Source: Adineta vaga
Lineage: Eukaryota > Animalia > Rotifera
Assembly (NCBI GenBank): GCA_021613535.1
Contig: CP075492.1
Span: 2,728,001-2,792,000 of the forward strand
Direction: 5' to 3'
DNA: 64,000 bases
Below the pieces are notes generated by a model. That model did no database searches and was not told the origin of the DNA. It saw only the letters and a list, made by a program, of their open reading frames with translations. The translations under genes were made by a program, and so were the position numbers. Position 1 is the stretch's first letter, and each line of letters starts with the position of its first letter. Below, piece after piece: positions 49,260-60,731 of this stretch.

Positions 49260-51980
49260 TTATGGATATGTAAAAGAGGCGATGTACGTATTCATATTTG
49301 GGGCACAAGTATATTGCAGCGGTTCAGTGCGTGTGGTAAATGTCTTTGTATATGTTTCGAAAACTCCAAAACGACTTCGTACTACAATGGTAGCTGTAAT
49401 AGGATCTTCAATTGTTGCGTGCAACCCGTATTGCTCAAAGCAAATATGATAAGTACCATGTGGAGGTTCATTTTCTTTGACCCAAAATACAATTTCTGGT
49501 CCAGCGCTAGTTGTATCATCAAAATTGAGTGTACCTTGATCGGTAGCTGTAGTGGCATTTCTATTTTGAAAGTGAATACTTTTATCATTTGGTGTTGTGA
49601 CAACAAGATCACCATCTCCAGCTCTAGACCACGTAGCAGAGATAACAAGGTTTTCAGTGTCAACACAAATTCCTTTCACACAGGTCTGACCATTGGAACA
49701 CTCAGGGAAACAGATAACCGTCGAAACTAATAAAATCAAGAAGAACTTTTTATCTTTATAAAGATTATATTTGAAATCTTGCGTAGAACTCTTAATGCAC
49801 AATATTCTCTACTTTTGTTGTCTTTTTCTTCTTGAAAACTTACTGTTTTTACTGATAATTGAAGTTCGTGAGGTTAATGGTGGACATAAATTGATCGAGG
49901 CGCGTTCAATTGGATAACAAACTGGAACATTGCATCGAGTATTATTAATACATACAGTGTTTGGCGTTGAACATGTCATATTATCTTTTTCACACAAGTG
50001 TAATTTTTTACAAGAGATGATCGTATCAGCGCAAATACTACTTCCGGTCATTGTCATCGTTAAGCATTCACAATCGATATTTGTCGAACATCGTGATGAT
50101 TGATTTCGACAATGCGATGACGAACAACATGTACAACTTGAAGATAAGAACTTGTTTGGATCTGCATCTGAAAGAATTTCATACGATCATATTAAGACAG
50201 CTCGACATATAGAAATTACCTTCGAATGTGAACATACTGTTGCCGTCTGTGTAATTACTTTTTGGAATAGTACAACGATAGTGTCCCAAGTAAGATCTTG
50301 TAATTGGACGAATATAAAGAAACTTACCACGTGGGAAAAGTGGCCCTTGATCTTGAAAAATCTTGAAGAAGAAAATTATTTAAATTTTATAAATATTTAA
50401 AAAAAATGCAGTAAGTTGCATCCTCAATATTGAAAACAAAAGAATTAAAATTAATAGAGTAGCAAGGAGTTTTCAAACTTCATTGGGATTAAAAATCCAA
50501 ACATACTCGACTATTATTAAAATACCATTGAATACGATCTTGATCATGTGGTGCTGCACCTTGACACTGAATTTCAACATAATCGCCTTCTTCCATATGT
50601 GGCGCAATGATATGTAAATATCTATGATTACTATTCGCTATAAAAGACAACTTCATATGAAAACTTCAAGAATATTTTTGTTCGACTCACACGTCAGTTG
50701 AACAGTAGCTGTATCGAGATCATCAGCTTGGGAAATATAACCACTTGTTTCGCGCATTGTAACATTAGCAGAGCTAAAGAAAGATGCGCCATCGTATGCT
50801 ATACATTGATATACGCCAATTTTACTCGGATCATCTAACGTAATACGTGATCTTAAAGAAACGCGTGATCGTCTCATTGTTCTCTCTCATTATAACCGGC
50901 CAAGGCGAGACGCTAAAAGGATGATTTTAAAAATAAATAAAAAATATGCATATTTTAAATATTTTACACGTTCAGGTGTCAGTTGTCTCCAAAAAACTGT
51001 GGTTTTTGAAGTAGCTCCAAAGACCTGACAATTCACTTCGACTGTTTCACCACGCCGAACATAAAGAAACGTGGGTAAAACATAAATTAGCAATGTAGCT
51101 GGATTGTCTATCACTAGTTGAACTGATGTAGATGTTTCAATATCGTCGTTCGTAACGTCGGTAGTTAGTTCTTCGACTTCAGTCGATGTTTGTGCTGCCA
51201 CAACATCAGTTGTCGTTGGTTCAGTAGTTTCCGGGTAAGGAATATCAGCTACAATTGACATTAAAATTAATTTTCTTTAGAAAAATTATAAAATCTTGAT
51301 TGAACATGACACTTTGAAATTAAATTGAACAACTAGTTCGAATTTCAATCAATGAATTAGAAAAGAATGTGATATAACTTTGAATCTTTGATATATATCA
51401 ATAGGAGTGAGATTTCAAGACTTCAGATCATATTATAAGAGTGTCGTAATAATTATTTTTCCTAAAAACTATATAAAAAAGAAACTTTTCCAACTTACCA
51501 TCCTGATTTGTATGTTCATCAGCTAAAATCGAAAAAAAAACACAATATTTACGCGATTACAATAAATCTTTGCCTGAACAAGGTTTTTTATATTTGATTT
51601 CGGTGTTCACTGAAGTAGAATCACTGTTGTTCATACTGATTTTAAGACACATCCACTAAAGTACTCATAAAGAATGAGAAATATAAAATAGGGGTAATTT
51701 TTTTAGATGAAACTTGTATTCTGACATTAGCTTTATTTCTTGATTATTAGTAATATCTTTAGACAATAAATAACGTTAGTCAGATCAATTGTTAGTTGTA
51801 TGGTGTATCGTTATGTAATGAGGAAAAAAGTATGAAATAGTCAAGCTCTCATTAACTTACAATCATCGTATTGTCGTCGAAATCTTCGTTCTGAATCGTC
51901 ACTCTAATATGAAAATTTTATAATTCTTCTACACGATGGAAGAAATGTAGTTTACTTTCGATGTTGATACGCTTGCTGTA
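49260..51980 (-). CDS. Multi-exon Ig-Ig-Cys-rich-EGF-like-YfaP/DUF2135-like protein (5' end uncertain)
   Basis: Ig1 GETVEVNC..VFW..GVYQC; Ig2 GDYVEIQC..IQWY..LYIRPI..GHYRC. These splice in frame (phase-1 introns ~50169-50219 and ~49728-49843) to a Cys-rich exon and to ISATWSRAGDGDLVVTTP..LNFDD..GPEIVFW..GTYHIC. 2-nt frameshift at ~50885. Confidence 0.7.
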
Positions 51981-53863
51981 AAACAGAAATATAGAAGTAA
52001 ACCTAGAAGAATTTTAATATTCATTCTAAAAATAATTCCTTTATTTGCACATATAATTTGTTTTATGTCTCTTCTGAAAGAAAAAAAGTCTACGGTATAT
52101 ATAGTTCTCTCATACGAATATCAGTTGTTGATAAGTCAATTTGAAGTATATTTCTTTGTGTCTAAAGATACTTAATCTAATCATTTTACGGACAAAAAAA
52201 GATTGAGAATAAGTTATTGATGAACAAGATAACAAAAAGTTTGTTCAGAAATATTTTCATCATCAACATTATTTGTCAATTGATTATGCACTTTTCTTAA
52301 TAGAAAATCACGTACGATTCGAGAAGTACGGAATGTTTTTTACCTTATATATATGCACAACCAAATAATGAATATTGTGCAAATTGTATCATTCATCAGT
52401 TTAACTAAGATAAATAATTTTTTTCTTATCTTCTAATAAAAATGGAAAACATCATGAGACAGAAAAAAATATAGATAGTTTTTCGACAGCCAACTTATTC
52501 TTTGCTTCTACAGTATTTGTATTAAGTAATACATACTGATACATCTATCATATATAGCTCTAGTATCTTTCTTTTTCTTCCAATCAACGATAACTATAGT
52601 TTGAAAACTGCAATTCCCTTGTCATTTTTGTCTTTCATTGTTATATCAGTTGCAAAAGAAGTAACGAAGATAAATAAAAACAAATCTTTCAACAGAAGTA
52701 GTCTACAGAGTAGTTATCAACAATGGAGGCGTTTGTATTGCAAGTTGAAAAGATTAGATATTTTGACATGAAAATAAACCTCTTATCGCTAAACTAACAA
52801 CGTTACGATGTCCCCAAGCCGCCCACTCTTAATTGCCAGATACATATCCATTACATGAATCTAAAACATGCAATTAATGGTATCTTTTATCTACGATCAG
52901 TACTAAAACTTATTTTCCGTCGAATCATGACGCCAGTTGAGTTCACATTTGTACTAACTTGTCCGTGTAGTTCATTTTTTTTCATTCTTTCGTTTATTAT
53001 TGACTACAAGGTAACATGTGAGTGCACACAGTGAATATGATATGAAAAGAAAGCATAAACATCGATTTTTTTTTCTCGATATTATTATTAGATTATTGCA
53101 TCACTCGAGTTTACATTTACACAAAACTGATCGCGAAGTTCGTTTTTTTTTGGTTTTTGTACGTATTATTCAGTACAAAGTAAAGAGTAAATACGAAAGA
53201 TAGATATGATATAAAAAGAAAATGAAAGAGGATCACTGATTGAATATATAGATATGTAGGTTGGGTGCAGAATTAATTTTTTATAATGATAAAAGAAGAA
53301 GAAGAGAAATGAAAGTAAAATATTATGTGATATCGAAGTATATAAGAAAAAGTCACACTGTGCCCTCCGACTTTCTCTTGTTTCACAATCCTCGAAGTAT
53401 TTTGTCGAAGAGAGAGAGAGAGAGAGAGTTCACTCTGAAACTTTTATATCGAATTCAGTTTTTTGATAACGGAGATGCGTATAGAAGAGCTATGACATCG
53501 TTCACCTTTACTAATAGCACTCGAAGATTATTTGTCTAATGCGAAGACTAAGAACCAGATTTCAGCAGAGCGAACAGAAAAATACCATCCATAATAAGCA
53601 TTGTTTGCTTGGCTTCATAAAATTTCTGATGATTTGTGACTTAACGTTCCTAGAATCTTCGAAATTCCAAATTTATTTATCAGTAGACGGTTACAATCTA
53701 TTAACACATCTCTTTTTCTTCTTCTTTTCATTCTAAAATATCAATTTCAATTCCGCCTAGTCGAAATTTTAATTTTGCCCGCAACATATATATTTTTTTC
53801 TCACTTTAACACATCTGTATAGATAAACGAATATTTAGACGAAAAGTGTAATCGAACATAAAT

Positions 53864-56014
53864 ATGAATTCTACGACTGATGAAATATATCATGAATCAT
53901 TACCGACAGTAAAGGGTTGGATAAAAAATAAACTAAACAATCCAAAAGAACAAATCAAAACTTATCTTCTTTCATTTTTTCCTTTTCTTACTTGGATTTA
54001 TCGTTACAATTTCATTTGGTTTATCAATGATATTATTGCTGGTCTTACAATTGGTGCTATTGTTATACCTCAAGGTATGGCTTATGCTAAATTAGCTAAA
54101 TTAGCACCTCAATTTGGTTTATACAGTTCATTTGTTGGTGTGGTTATCTATTGGATTTTTGGAACTAGTAAAGTAAGTTTTTCTTCAATATAAACAGAAC
54201 GAAGACATTTCTTTGAATAGGACATTACGATTGGACCTGTTGCTGTGATGTCAATATTAACAGGGTCTATTATTGATGATATTCATAAAGCTTATCCTCA
54301 ATATGAATTACATGTTATTGCGTCTTCACTTGCTTTTATTGTTGGATGTGTTGTTTTCGTATTGGGAGCATTTCGTCTTGGTTTTATTATTGATTTTATT
54401 CCATTACCAGCATTATCTGCATTTACAACTGGTTCAGCATTGAATATTGCAATGGGACAAATTCCAACACTAATGGGAAATGACAAATCATTCGATACAC
54501 ATCAATCAACATTTCTTATTTTTATTAATTTTTGGAAAAATATAAAATCTTGTAATATCAATGCAGTTCTAGGTTTAACAGCATTAGTTCTTCTTTATTC
54601 TATACGTTTTCTTTGTTCTTATGGTATTCGACATTATCCTCGTCGTAAAAAAATCTTTTTCTATATCAATACACTTCGTGCCGTATTAGTTATTTTGATT
54701 TATATATTGATTTCATGGTTAATTAATCGACATGATCCATCCCATCCTCGTACATCATTACTTGGAGATATTCCACGAGGTTTTCAAAATATGGCTGTAC
54801 CTTATTTAGATCAAACGATATTTTCTCAATTGATATCCTCTTTACCATCTGCTGTTATTGTTCTTGTTATTGAACATATTGCTATTGCAAAATCCTTTGC
54901 TCGAATTAATAATTATGTGATAAATTCAAATCAAGAATTGATTGCGATTGGTGTAACAAACATCGTGGGACCCTTTTTTGGTGCATATCCAGCAACGGGT
55001 TCATTTTCTCGAACAGCGATTAAATCAAAAGCTGGTGTTCGAACACCATTAGCTGGTCTTTTTACTGGTATTCTTTTAATATTGGCGATTTATCTTTTAA
55101 CGCCAGTTTTCTTTTGGATTTCACAAGCGAGTTTAGCAGCTATTATTATTCATGCCGTTGGTGATGTTATCATTGGACCAAAGACATTAAAACAATTTTG
55201 GCAAATTAATCCAATTGAATTTCTTATTTTTTGGATTAGTGTGATTATAACAATATTTTCAAATATTGAAAATGGAATTTATGTTGGAATTATATTGTCT
55301 CTTATTCTTTTACTCTTTCGTATTGCTAAAGGACAAGGACAATTTCTTGGTCAACTTGAATTAATCTCTAATAATTCTATTAAACGAAATGTTTATATTT
55401 CATTGAATCATTCAGATGGAATAAATCCAATGATAAATCCTATTTTAACTGATAATGGTATCATTATTTATCGTATGTATGAAAATTTTCTGTATCCTAA
55501 TGCTGTAAATTATATGGAAAAGTTAGTTAAAGAAATATTTGAAAAAACGCAAAATGGAAAAAGTTTTCTGTATAAAAATCTTGGTGAACAACCTTGGAAT
55601 TTGGAAACAAGACGTCATCCTGAAAAAGAATCTTTATCGGATGATAATCGTCCTTTTTTACATGCAATTATTCTTGATTTTACTGGTGTTTCACATATTG
55701 ATGTCACTGCTTTACAAAATCTTGTTGATATTCGGCAACAATTGGATGATTATGCAAATTGGGAAGTTCATTGGCATTTTGTTGGATTAGCAAATTCATG
55801 GGTTAAACGTGCACTCATTGCACGTGGTTTTGGATCTTCAAATCACGTGAAAACAAGTACTAATCTTTCGCCAAATATCAATGCTGTTTTAGTTCCAATA
55901 CTTGATACGAATTATCCACTATTTCATATTGATATTGAAGAAGCTTATCAAACAGCTGTTGACAATCTATCAATGCGTGAAAATAGTGACAATTTAGTGA
56001 CGACGGTGTCTTGA
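53864..56014 (+). CDS. SulP/SLC26 sulfate permease, fungal SUL1/SUL2-like; 2 exons
   Basis: DIIAGLTIG..PQGMAYAKLA..GLYSSF; intron 54173-54220 gives GTSK|DITIGPVAVMS; NQELIAIG, ATGSFSRTA; STAS domain with PWN insert. Confidence 0.93.
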
Positions 56015-56437
56015 ATGACAAATAACATTCGTTCAGTTTTTTTTCAATATATATGTGTTCTCTTCTCAGATTTGAAATAAAAATTTGACTTGTTTTTTCA
56101 ACAGTTAACATCTATCAAACTTTTGAAATGAATATTACACATTTGAGTGTATGCTTGAAATTCGTGTAAAAATCTTCCTGCATTTATGTTAAACATTATT
56201 TTAAATGAATAAGAAGGATTTATTGCATGTTATGTTTGTCCAATAAATTCCAAAAGTGAATTATTATCAGTGAATAAAAACGATAATAATCGCCAAGCTC
56301 CGTATTGAGAACGCAAGAAAAAAATGCAAAACTATGTTTTCAACTTTTCATTGTTATATATCTGTTATATACGTCAAAGTTGAACTATGGATTAAGGCTT
56401 AAACATTTACTAAGATAAGTCACTATACTATATAACA

Positions 56438-56470
56438 AAAAAGAAAAGAAAAGAAAAGAAAAGAAAAGAA
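56438..56470. repeat. (AAAAG)n microsatellite
   Basis: Tandem aaaag units directly visible. Confidence 0.85.
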
Positions 56471-56473
56471 ATA

Positions 56474-56980
56474 TCAATGTGGTTCCACAACATCTACACC
56501 CAACTGATCAATCATGTATTGATCAAATAGTTGTGCAAGTTCGTTTAGGTGCTGCTTAGCCATATCGATTAATTCATCCCGTTCTTGTTCATTTAGTTCG
56601 GTTGGAGGTTTTTTTATGAGTTTTTGCAACAACTCAATTGCAGCGCCATGTAGATAATTTGGTAGTTCATCAACAGGAAACAATCTGTTTATAGCACGTC
56701 CAACTAAGTTCTTCTTGATTGATTGGACTGATTCTTCATTGTCATAATAAATATAAACAAATGTGTCACTTAAACCAGGTAATGGCCCTTCTGCAAGTTC
56801 TGTATCAAAATGAGGAAGAAATAAATGTTTATCCTTATCAATTTGATTAGTAATGTGACCACGACATTCTTGATTGTTCTGAAGACGTTTAAATATTCGA
56901 AGATTGATTATAGTATCATAACCGATATGCGTATTTTGAGGATCTAGAAGAATTAATAATTGTATGCCAATATCAGCCAT
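56474..56980 (-). CDS. Small alpha/beta + helical-hairpin protein, distantly like the ART-TPR N-terminal domain
   Basis: 168-aa ORF with a tttag acceptor 6 nt upstream of the ATG. Confidence 0.65.
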   Translation of the reverse strand: MADIGIQLLILLDPQNTHIGYDTIINLRIFKRLQNNQECRGHITNQIDKDKHLFLPHFDTELAEGPLPGLSDTFVYIYYDNEESVQSIKKNLVGRAINRLFPVDELPNYLHGAAIELLQKLIKKPPTELNEQERDELIDMAKQHLNELAQLFDQYMIDQLGVDVVEPH

Positions 56981-57066
56981 ACTTATCTAAAACATTAAAG
57001 AAATATAGGCAATTGTTTACAATACAATAATTCAATAAAAATTAAAAAAAAAGCTGTTTTTAAAGT

Positions 57067-57571
57067 TTATTTTGATGTTTCTGGTTTTGTTTGGCCGATA
57101 ATTTGGGCAAGACGCTTATAAAGTTCTTTGCCCCGTTGAAAATAGTCGCGCGCTAAATCTTTATCACCTTGCTTCGCGTATTCGCCACCTAATCTTCGAC
57201 AGTTATTAGCTGTGTCAAGTGCCCAACGAACAGCTAGTTCTTCTTCATCTTCGCAAAAGATGGAAACTTTGGGAAAACTACTAAAAAACTTATATCGTTG
57301 TTCGCTTGTTTGTGACGATTTACCCAACACATAAATAGATTCAATATGGCGAATAGACGAAAAGTTTGCGAGTAAGCGATCTCGCTCGTCACTAGAATCG
57401 GTCATAATTTCAAATACGATATTTTGAACTTGTTCATTTGATTTGAGATTCGATAGACACTCAGATGGCATTCTAGGAGGCATTAGATGGCCATCAGTTA
57501 ATTCAAACATTATTGAATGCAGACGAGATTGACATTGTGAATGAAGAACGAGAAGACATGGATAGCTCCAT
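57067..57571 (-). CDS. Exon encoding an alpha/beta domain + TPR-like helix pair, spliceable in frame to the end of the ART-TPR ORF
   Basis: IESIYVLG..FPKVSIFCEDEEEL resembles the ART N-terminal LDSIYIFS..KKVEGVF; candidate intron 57572-57618 (CA|GTAAGT...TAG|A). Confidence 0.65.
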
Positions 57572-57614
57572 CTATATATTCAAATAGTTGATTTTGTTGT
57601 TGAAAGAAATATAC

Positions 57615-60600
57615 TTACTGATTAAAGTTTTTGTTCATAGCAGTCTCGCTACATTCTGCTTGATGAAGAATTTCATCATGGTAGCTTTCATACTTTTCCA
57701 TGTCAGATGGATTGGGCTCGCAACTGTGACGTGCAATATTAAGAGCTCTTGCTGAATGATCGATAGCCGAGTCATGCCGTTGAAGACCGTTTAGAACCAT
57801 TGCAATATAATGATGACTTTCGGCGAGGGATGGATGATTGGATGGAAAAGACTTTGCTCGTATATCAAATGCAGTTTCATAGTATGAAAGAGCCAAAGAA
57901 TAATCTCCTGTCAATTGATGCATTTTACCTATATTATTACGAGTGATAGCAAGTGAAGGATGATTAGATGGAAGTGTTTTTTGTTGAATCTTAAGTGCTT
58001 TCTCAAAATAAAATAATGCATCTGAGTGAGAATTTTTCAGTTGATGCGCATGACCAATATTGTTGCAGGTGATTGCTAACAATATATGATCAGATGGAAG
58101 AATAACCTGCTGAATTTTAAGCATCTTCTTATAGTTTGAAACTGCATTTTTGTAATCACGCATCTCCACGCAAAGTTTACCGATATTGTTGTACGTAGTA
58201 ACTAGATCAGGATGACTGGAAACAAGAGATTTTTGTTGGATTTCTAATGCCTTTTGATAATCAGAACGCGCAATGGAAAAGTTTTGCATAGCATTATGCG
58301 CTTGTCCAATATTGTTATGTGTAGTTGCTAACAAAGGATGATCGCAAGGAAGAGATTTCTGACGAATTTCAAGTGCCTTTTCATGATTTGAAAGTGCAAT
58401 TGAATATTCTTCCATAGCGTAATATACTCGACCGATGTGTTCATATGTTGTTGCCAATTGGGGATGATTGGATGGAAGACTTCCTTCTTGGATGACAAGT
58501 GTCTTTTGCAAGTGAGATAATGCAATGGGATAATTGGCCATTGAATCATATACGCTACCAATATGACTATGAGTAGCAGCGAGATCAGGATGATTAAATG
58601 GCAAAGACGTCTGTTGGATTTCAAGCGCCTTTTCATGGTGTGAAAGTGCAGTTGAATGCTCTCCTAAAGTGGAACAGACTTGACCGATGTTGTTATGCGT
58701 AATTGCTAGTGAGGGATGACTAGGTGGAAGGGATTTCTGCAGAATTTCAAGGGCTTTTTGATAATGGGAGAGTGCAACTGAATATTCTCCCATAGCGTAA
58801 TACACTTGACCGATATTTTCATATGTTGTTGCCAAATCGGGATGATTGAATGGAAGACTTTTTTCTTGGAGTTCAGAAGTTTTCTCTGGAGGAGATGATG
58901 CTATTGAATGAGAATCATTTAGCGGAAGGCTTTTCTCTTGAAGTGCAAGAGTTTTTTGTAGGTAGGAGACTGCGGCTGCGTAATTTCCCATTAAATTATA
59001 TACCTGACTAATATTGTTGTATATTGTAGTCAGTTCAAGGTGGTTGGGTGCTAAAGATTCTTCATTAATCTTAACTGTTTCTTCATAATAACGCAAAGCA
59101 GTCAAATAGTCTCCTTTCAATTGATGCACTTCGCCAATATTATTGTAGATACGAGCTAACGCAGAAGGATTTGGTATAATGAGTTTTTTGTGAATTTCAA
59201 GTGCCGTTTGATGATAATAAAGTGCGCTAGTAAAATCACCTTTCTCTTTAAAAATATATCCAAACTGATCGTACAAAGGCACAAGTTGCTCTCGATCAAC
59301 ATTGGAGGTTGTATGAAGTAGTGTTTGAAAGATTTCTTCGGCTTTATCAAACTCGCCCATTTTGATTAAAAGTTTGCCCAATCGATGTAATGGATTAGGT
59401 CCTTCGATTTCGTTACGTAAACTTTGAGCGAGACATTGAAGCTGTTCATCAGTATCGCTTGTTAAGGTCATATCTATACTCCACAAATAGTCAGTAACTT
59501 GTTCAATTGCATCGATTCGAAAAACAGAATGCATCGAAAATAGAATTTCATTTTCACAAAATGGTATATCATTGACATCACTCAATGGAACGAAAGGAAT
59601 CGACGAGATTGATGGATCAACAGTGACTTCAAAAATGATACCAATCAATTCAGAATTTTCTTCTGCAGATTCAGCATATAAGAGTGCTTCGGGAGAATTT
59701 GTTGTTGTTGACAAAAAGTTAGTGAAAGCAATGAGACAGCCAATGTTTTTCTCTAACTGCACGAAATCGTTTTTTGCCATAACTTGACCTCGATAGATAG
59801 TCATTTTGTTACTTTTATCTTGTGATAAATATATCTGCTTAATTTGTTGATATAGATCTTTTATGTAAAACCCCATTTTGATAATAACTTCGATATTCTG
59901 CGTTCGTAACGCGCTAGAAAGCATTGAAACGATGAATGATTCTTTTATATACCACCACAGAGCCGAATGAGATTCGTAATCTCGTTCGAAATCATTGATT
60001 CTATGCAACTGTACTTTGTTATCGTGATATTGTTTACGGCAGAGTTCAATGAAGTCTTTCTTTGCTGCTTTTTCATATTCCATTTCGAGAAGAATCTCTG
60101 TGAGTAATTGTGAATACATAAATGATTGATCAAGTCCATTCAGATCAAAAGTGGATGCTGTCGAGATAACGTTAGTCGGTATACCATCTTGATCACCATG
60201 TTTAATATTTCGTTGAAGTTGATCACAAATGGATGAAATATCGAAGAAGACACCTTCAACTTTCTTCCATGCAGAAGTACATTGTTCATGTTTAACGTCG
60301 TCGGTAGAAAAAATGTAAATCGAATCAAGTTGAACTGTATCGTGAATAGGTGGTATGACAGTTTTAGCGATTGATTCCGATACAATGAGGAAAAATTTAG
60401 CATATTCAATTTCCATGATAAAATCGATACATAGATTAACATCAGTGAATACTTTCGTTGAACTTATAATTTGCTGAAGTTGGTTGATCGAATTTTGATA
60501 ATTCTTATCCGTTTCGTCTATATTTTGATCTAACCAAATGCAAATAAACTTTTTCATTCGATGAGTTGACCAATATCGAAGAGAAATGTTATTATTCATA

Positions 60601-60731
60601 GAATGTGGTTGGCCGTTGCTGGAAGTCATGCGTATGTTGTCACTTTCCGACAAGTTTGACTTTGCATTTTCTTGAATATCATCAGTATTGTTAGATTCGG
60701 AGGCAGCATTTACACCATCAGACGACGACAT
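57615..60731 (-). CDS. ADP-ribosyltransferase (R-S-E clade) - TPR repeat protein
   Basis: N-terminal CIWLD domain; ART motifs IYRGQ, FLSTT, ENEILF; ~13 42-aa TPRs (HPxLAxTxNNIG). Confidence 0.92.
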   Translation of the reverse strand: MSSSDGVNAASESNNTDDIQENAKSNLSESDNIRMTSSNGQPHSMNNNISLRYWSTHRMKKFICIWLDQNIDETDKNYQNSINQLQQIISSTKVFTDVNLCIDFIMEIEYAKFFLIVSESIAKTVIPPIHDTVQLDSIYIFSTDDVKHEQCTSAWKKVEGVFFDISSICDQLQRNIKHGDQDGIPTNVISTASTFDLNGLDQSFMYSQLLTEILLEMEYEKAAKKDFIELCRKQYHDNKVQLHRINDFERDYESHSALWWYIKESFIVSMLSSALRTQNIEVIIKMGFYIKDLYQQIKQIYLSQDKSNKMTIYRGQVMAKNDFVQLEKNIGCLIAFTNFLSTTTNSPEALLYAESAEENSELIGIIFEVTVDPSISSIPFVPLSDVNDIPFCENEILFSMHSVFRIDAIEQVTDYLWSIDMTLTSDTDEQLQCLAQSLRNEIEGPNPLHRLGKLLIKMGEFDKAEEIFQTLLHTTSNVDREQLVPLYDQFGYIFKEKGDFTSALYYHQTALEIHKKLIIPNPSALARIYNNIGEVHQLKGDYLTALRYYEETVKINEESLAPNHLELTTIYNNISQVYNLMGNYAAAVSYLQKTLALQEKSLPLNDSHSIASSPPEKTSELQEKSLPFNHPDLATTYENIGQVYYAMGEYSVALSHYQKALEILQKSLPPSHPSLAITHNNIGQVCSTLGEHSTALSHHEKALEIQQTSLPFNHPDLAATHSHIGSVYDSMANYPIALSHLQKTLVIQEGSLPSNHPQLATTYEHIGRVYYAMEEYSIALSNHEKALEIRQKSLPCDHPLLATTHNNIGQAHNAMQNFSIARSDYQKALEIQQKSLVSSHPDLVTTYNNIGKLCVEMRDYKNAVSNYKKMLKIQQVILPSDHILLAITCNNIGHAHQLKNSHSDALFYFEKALKIQQKTLPSNHPSLAITRNNIGKMHQLTGDYSLALSYYETAFDIRAKSFPSNHPSLAESHHYIAMVLNGLQRHDSAIDHSARALNIARHSCEPNPSDMEKYESYHDEILHQAECSETAMNKNFNQ

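Noticed and set aside
52100-53800. Short ORFs (53018-53736) as genes
   Set aside because: Low-complexity, AT-biased translations without motifs; likely intergenic or intronic.
10860-56014. TauD plus sulfate permease as a sulfur-scavenging module
   Set aside because: They are >40 kb apart, and the dioxygenase has SyrP-type motifs and is fused to an ACP.
57700-59300. 126-bp periodicity as a CRISPR-like or non-coding array
   Set aside because: It corresponds to coding 42-aa TPR repeats; there is no repeat-spacer structure.
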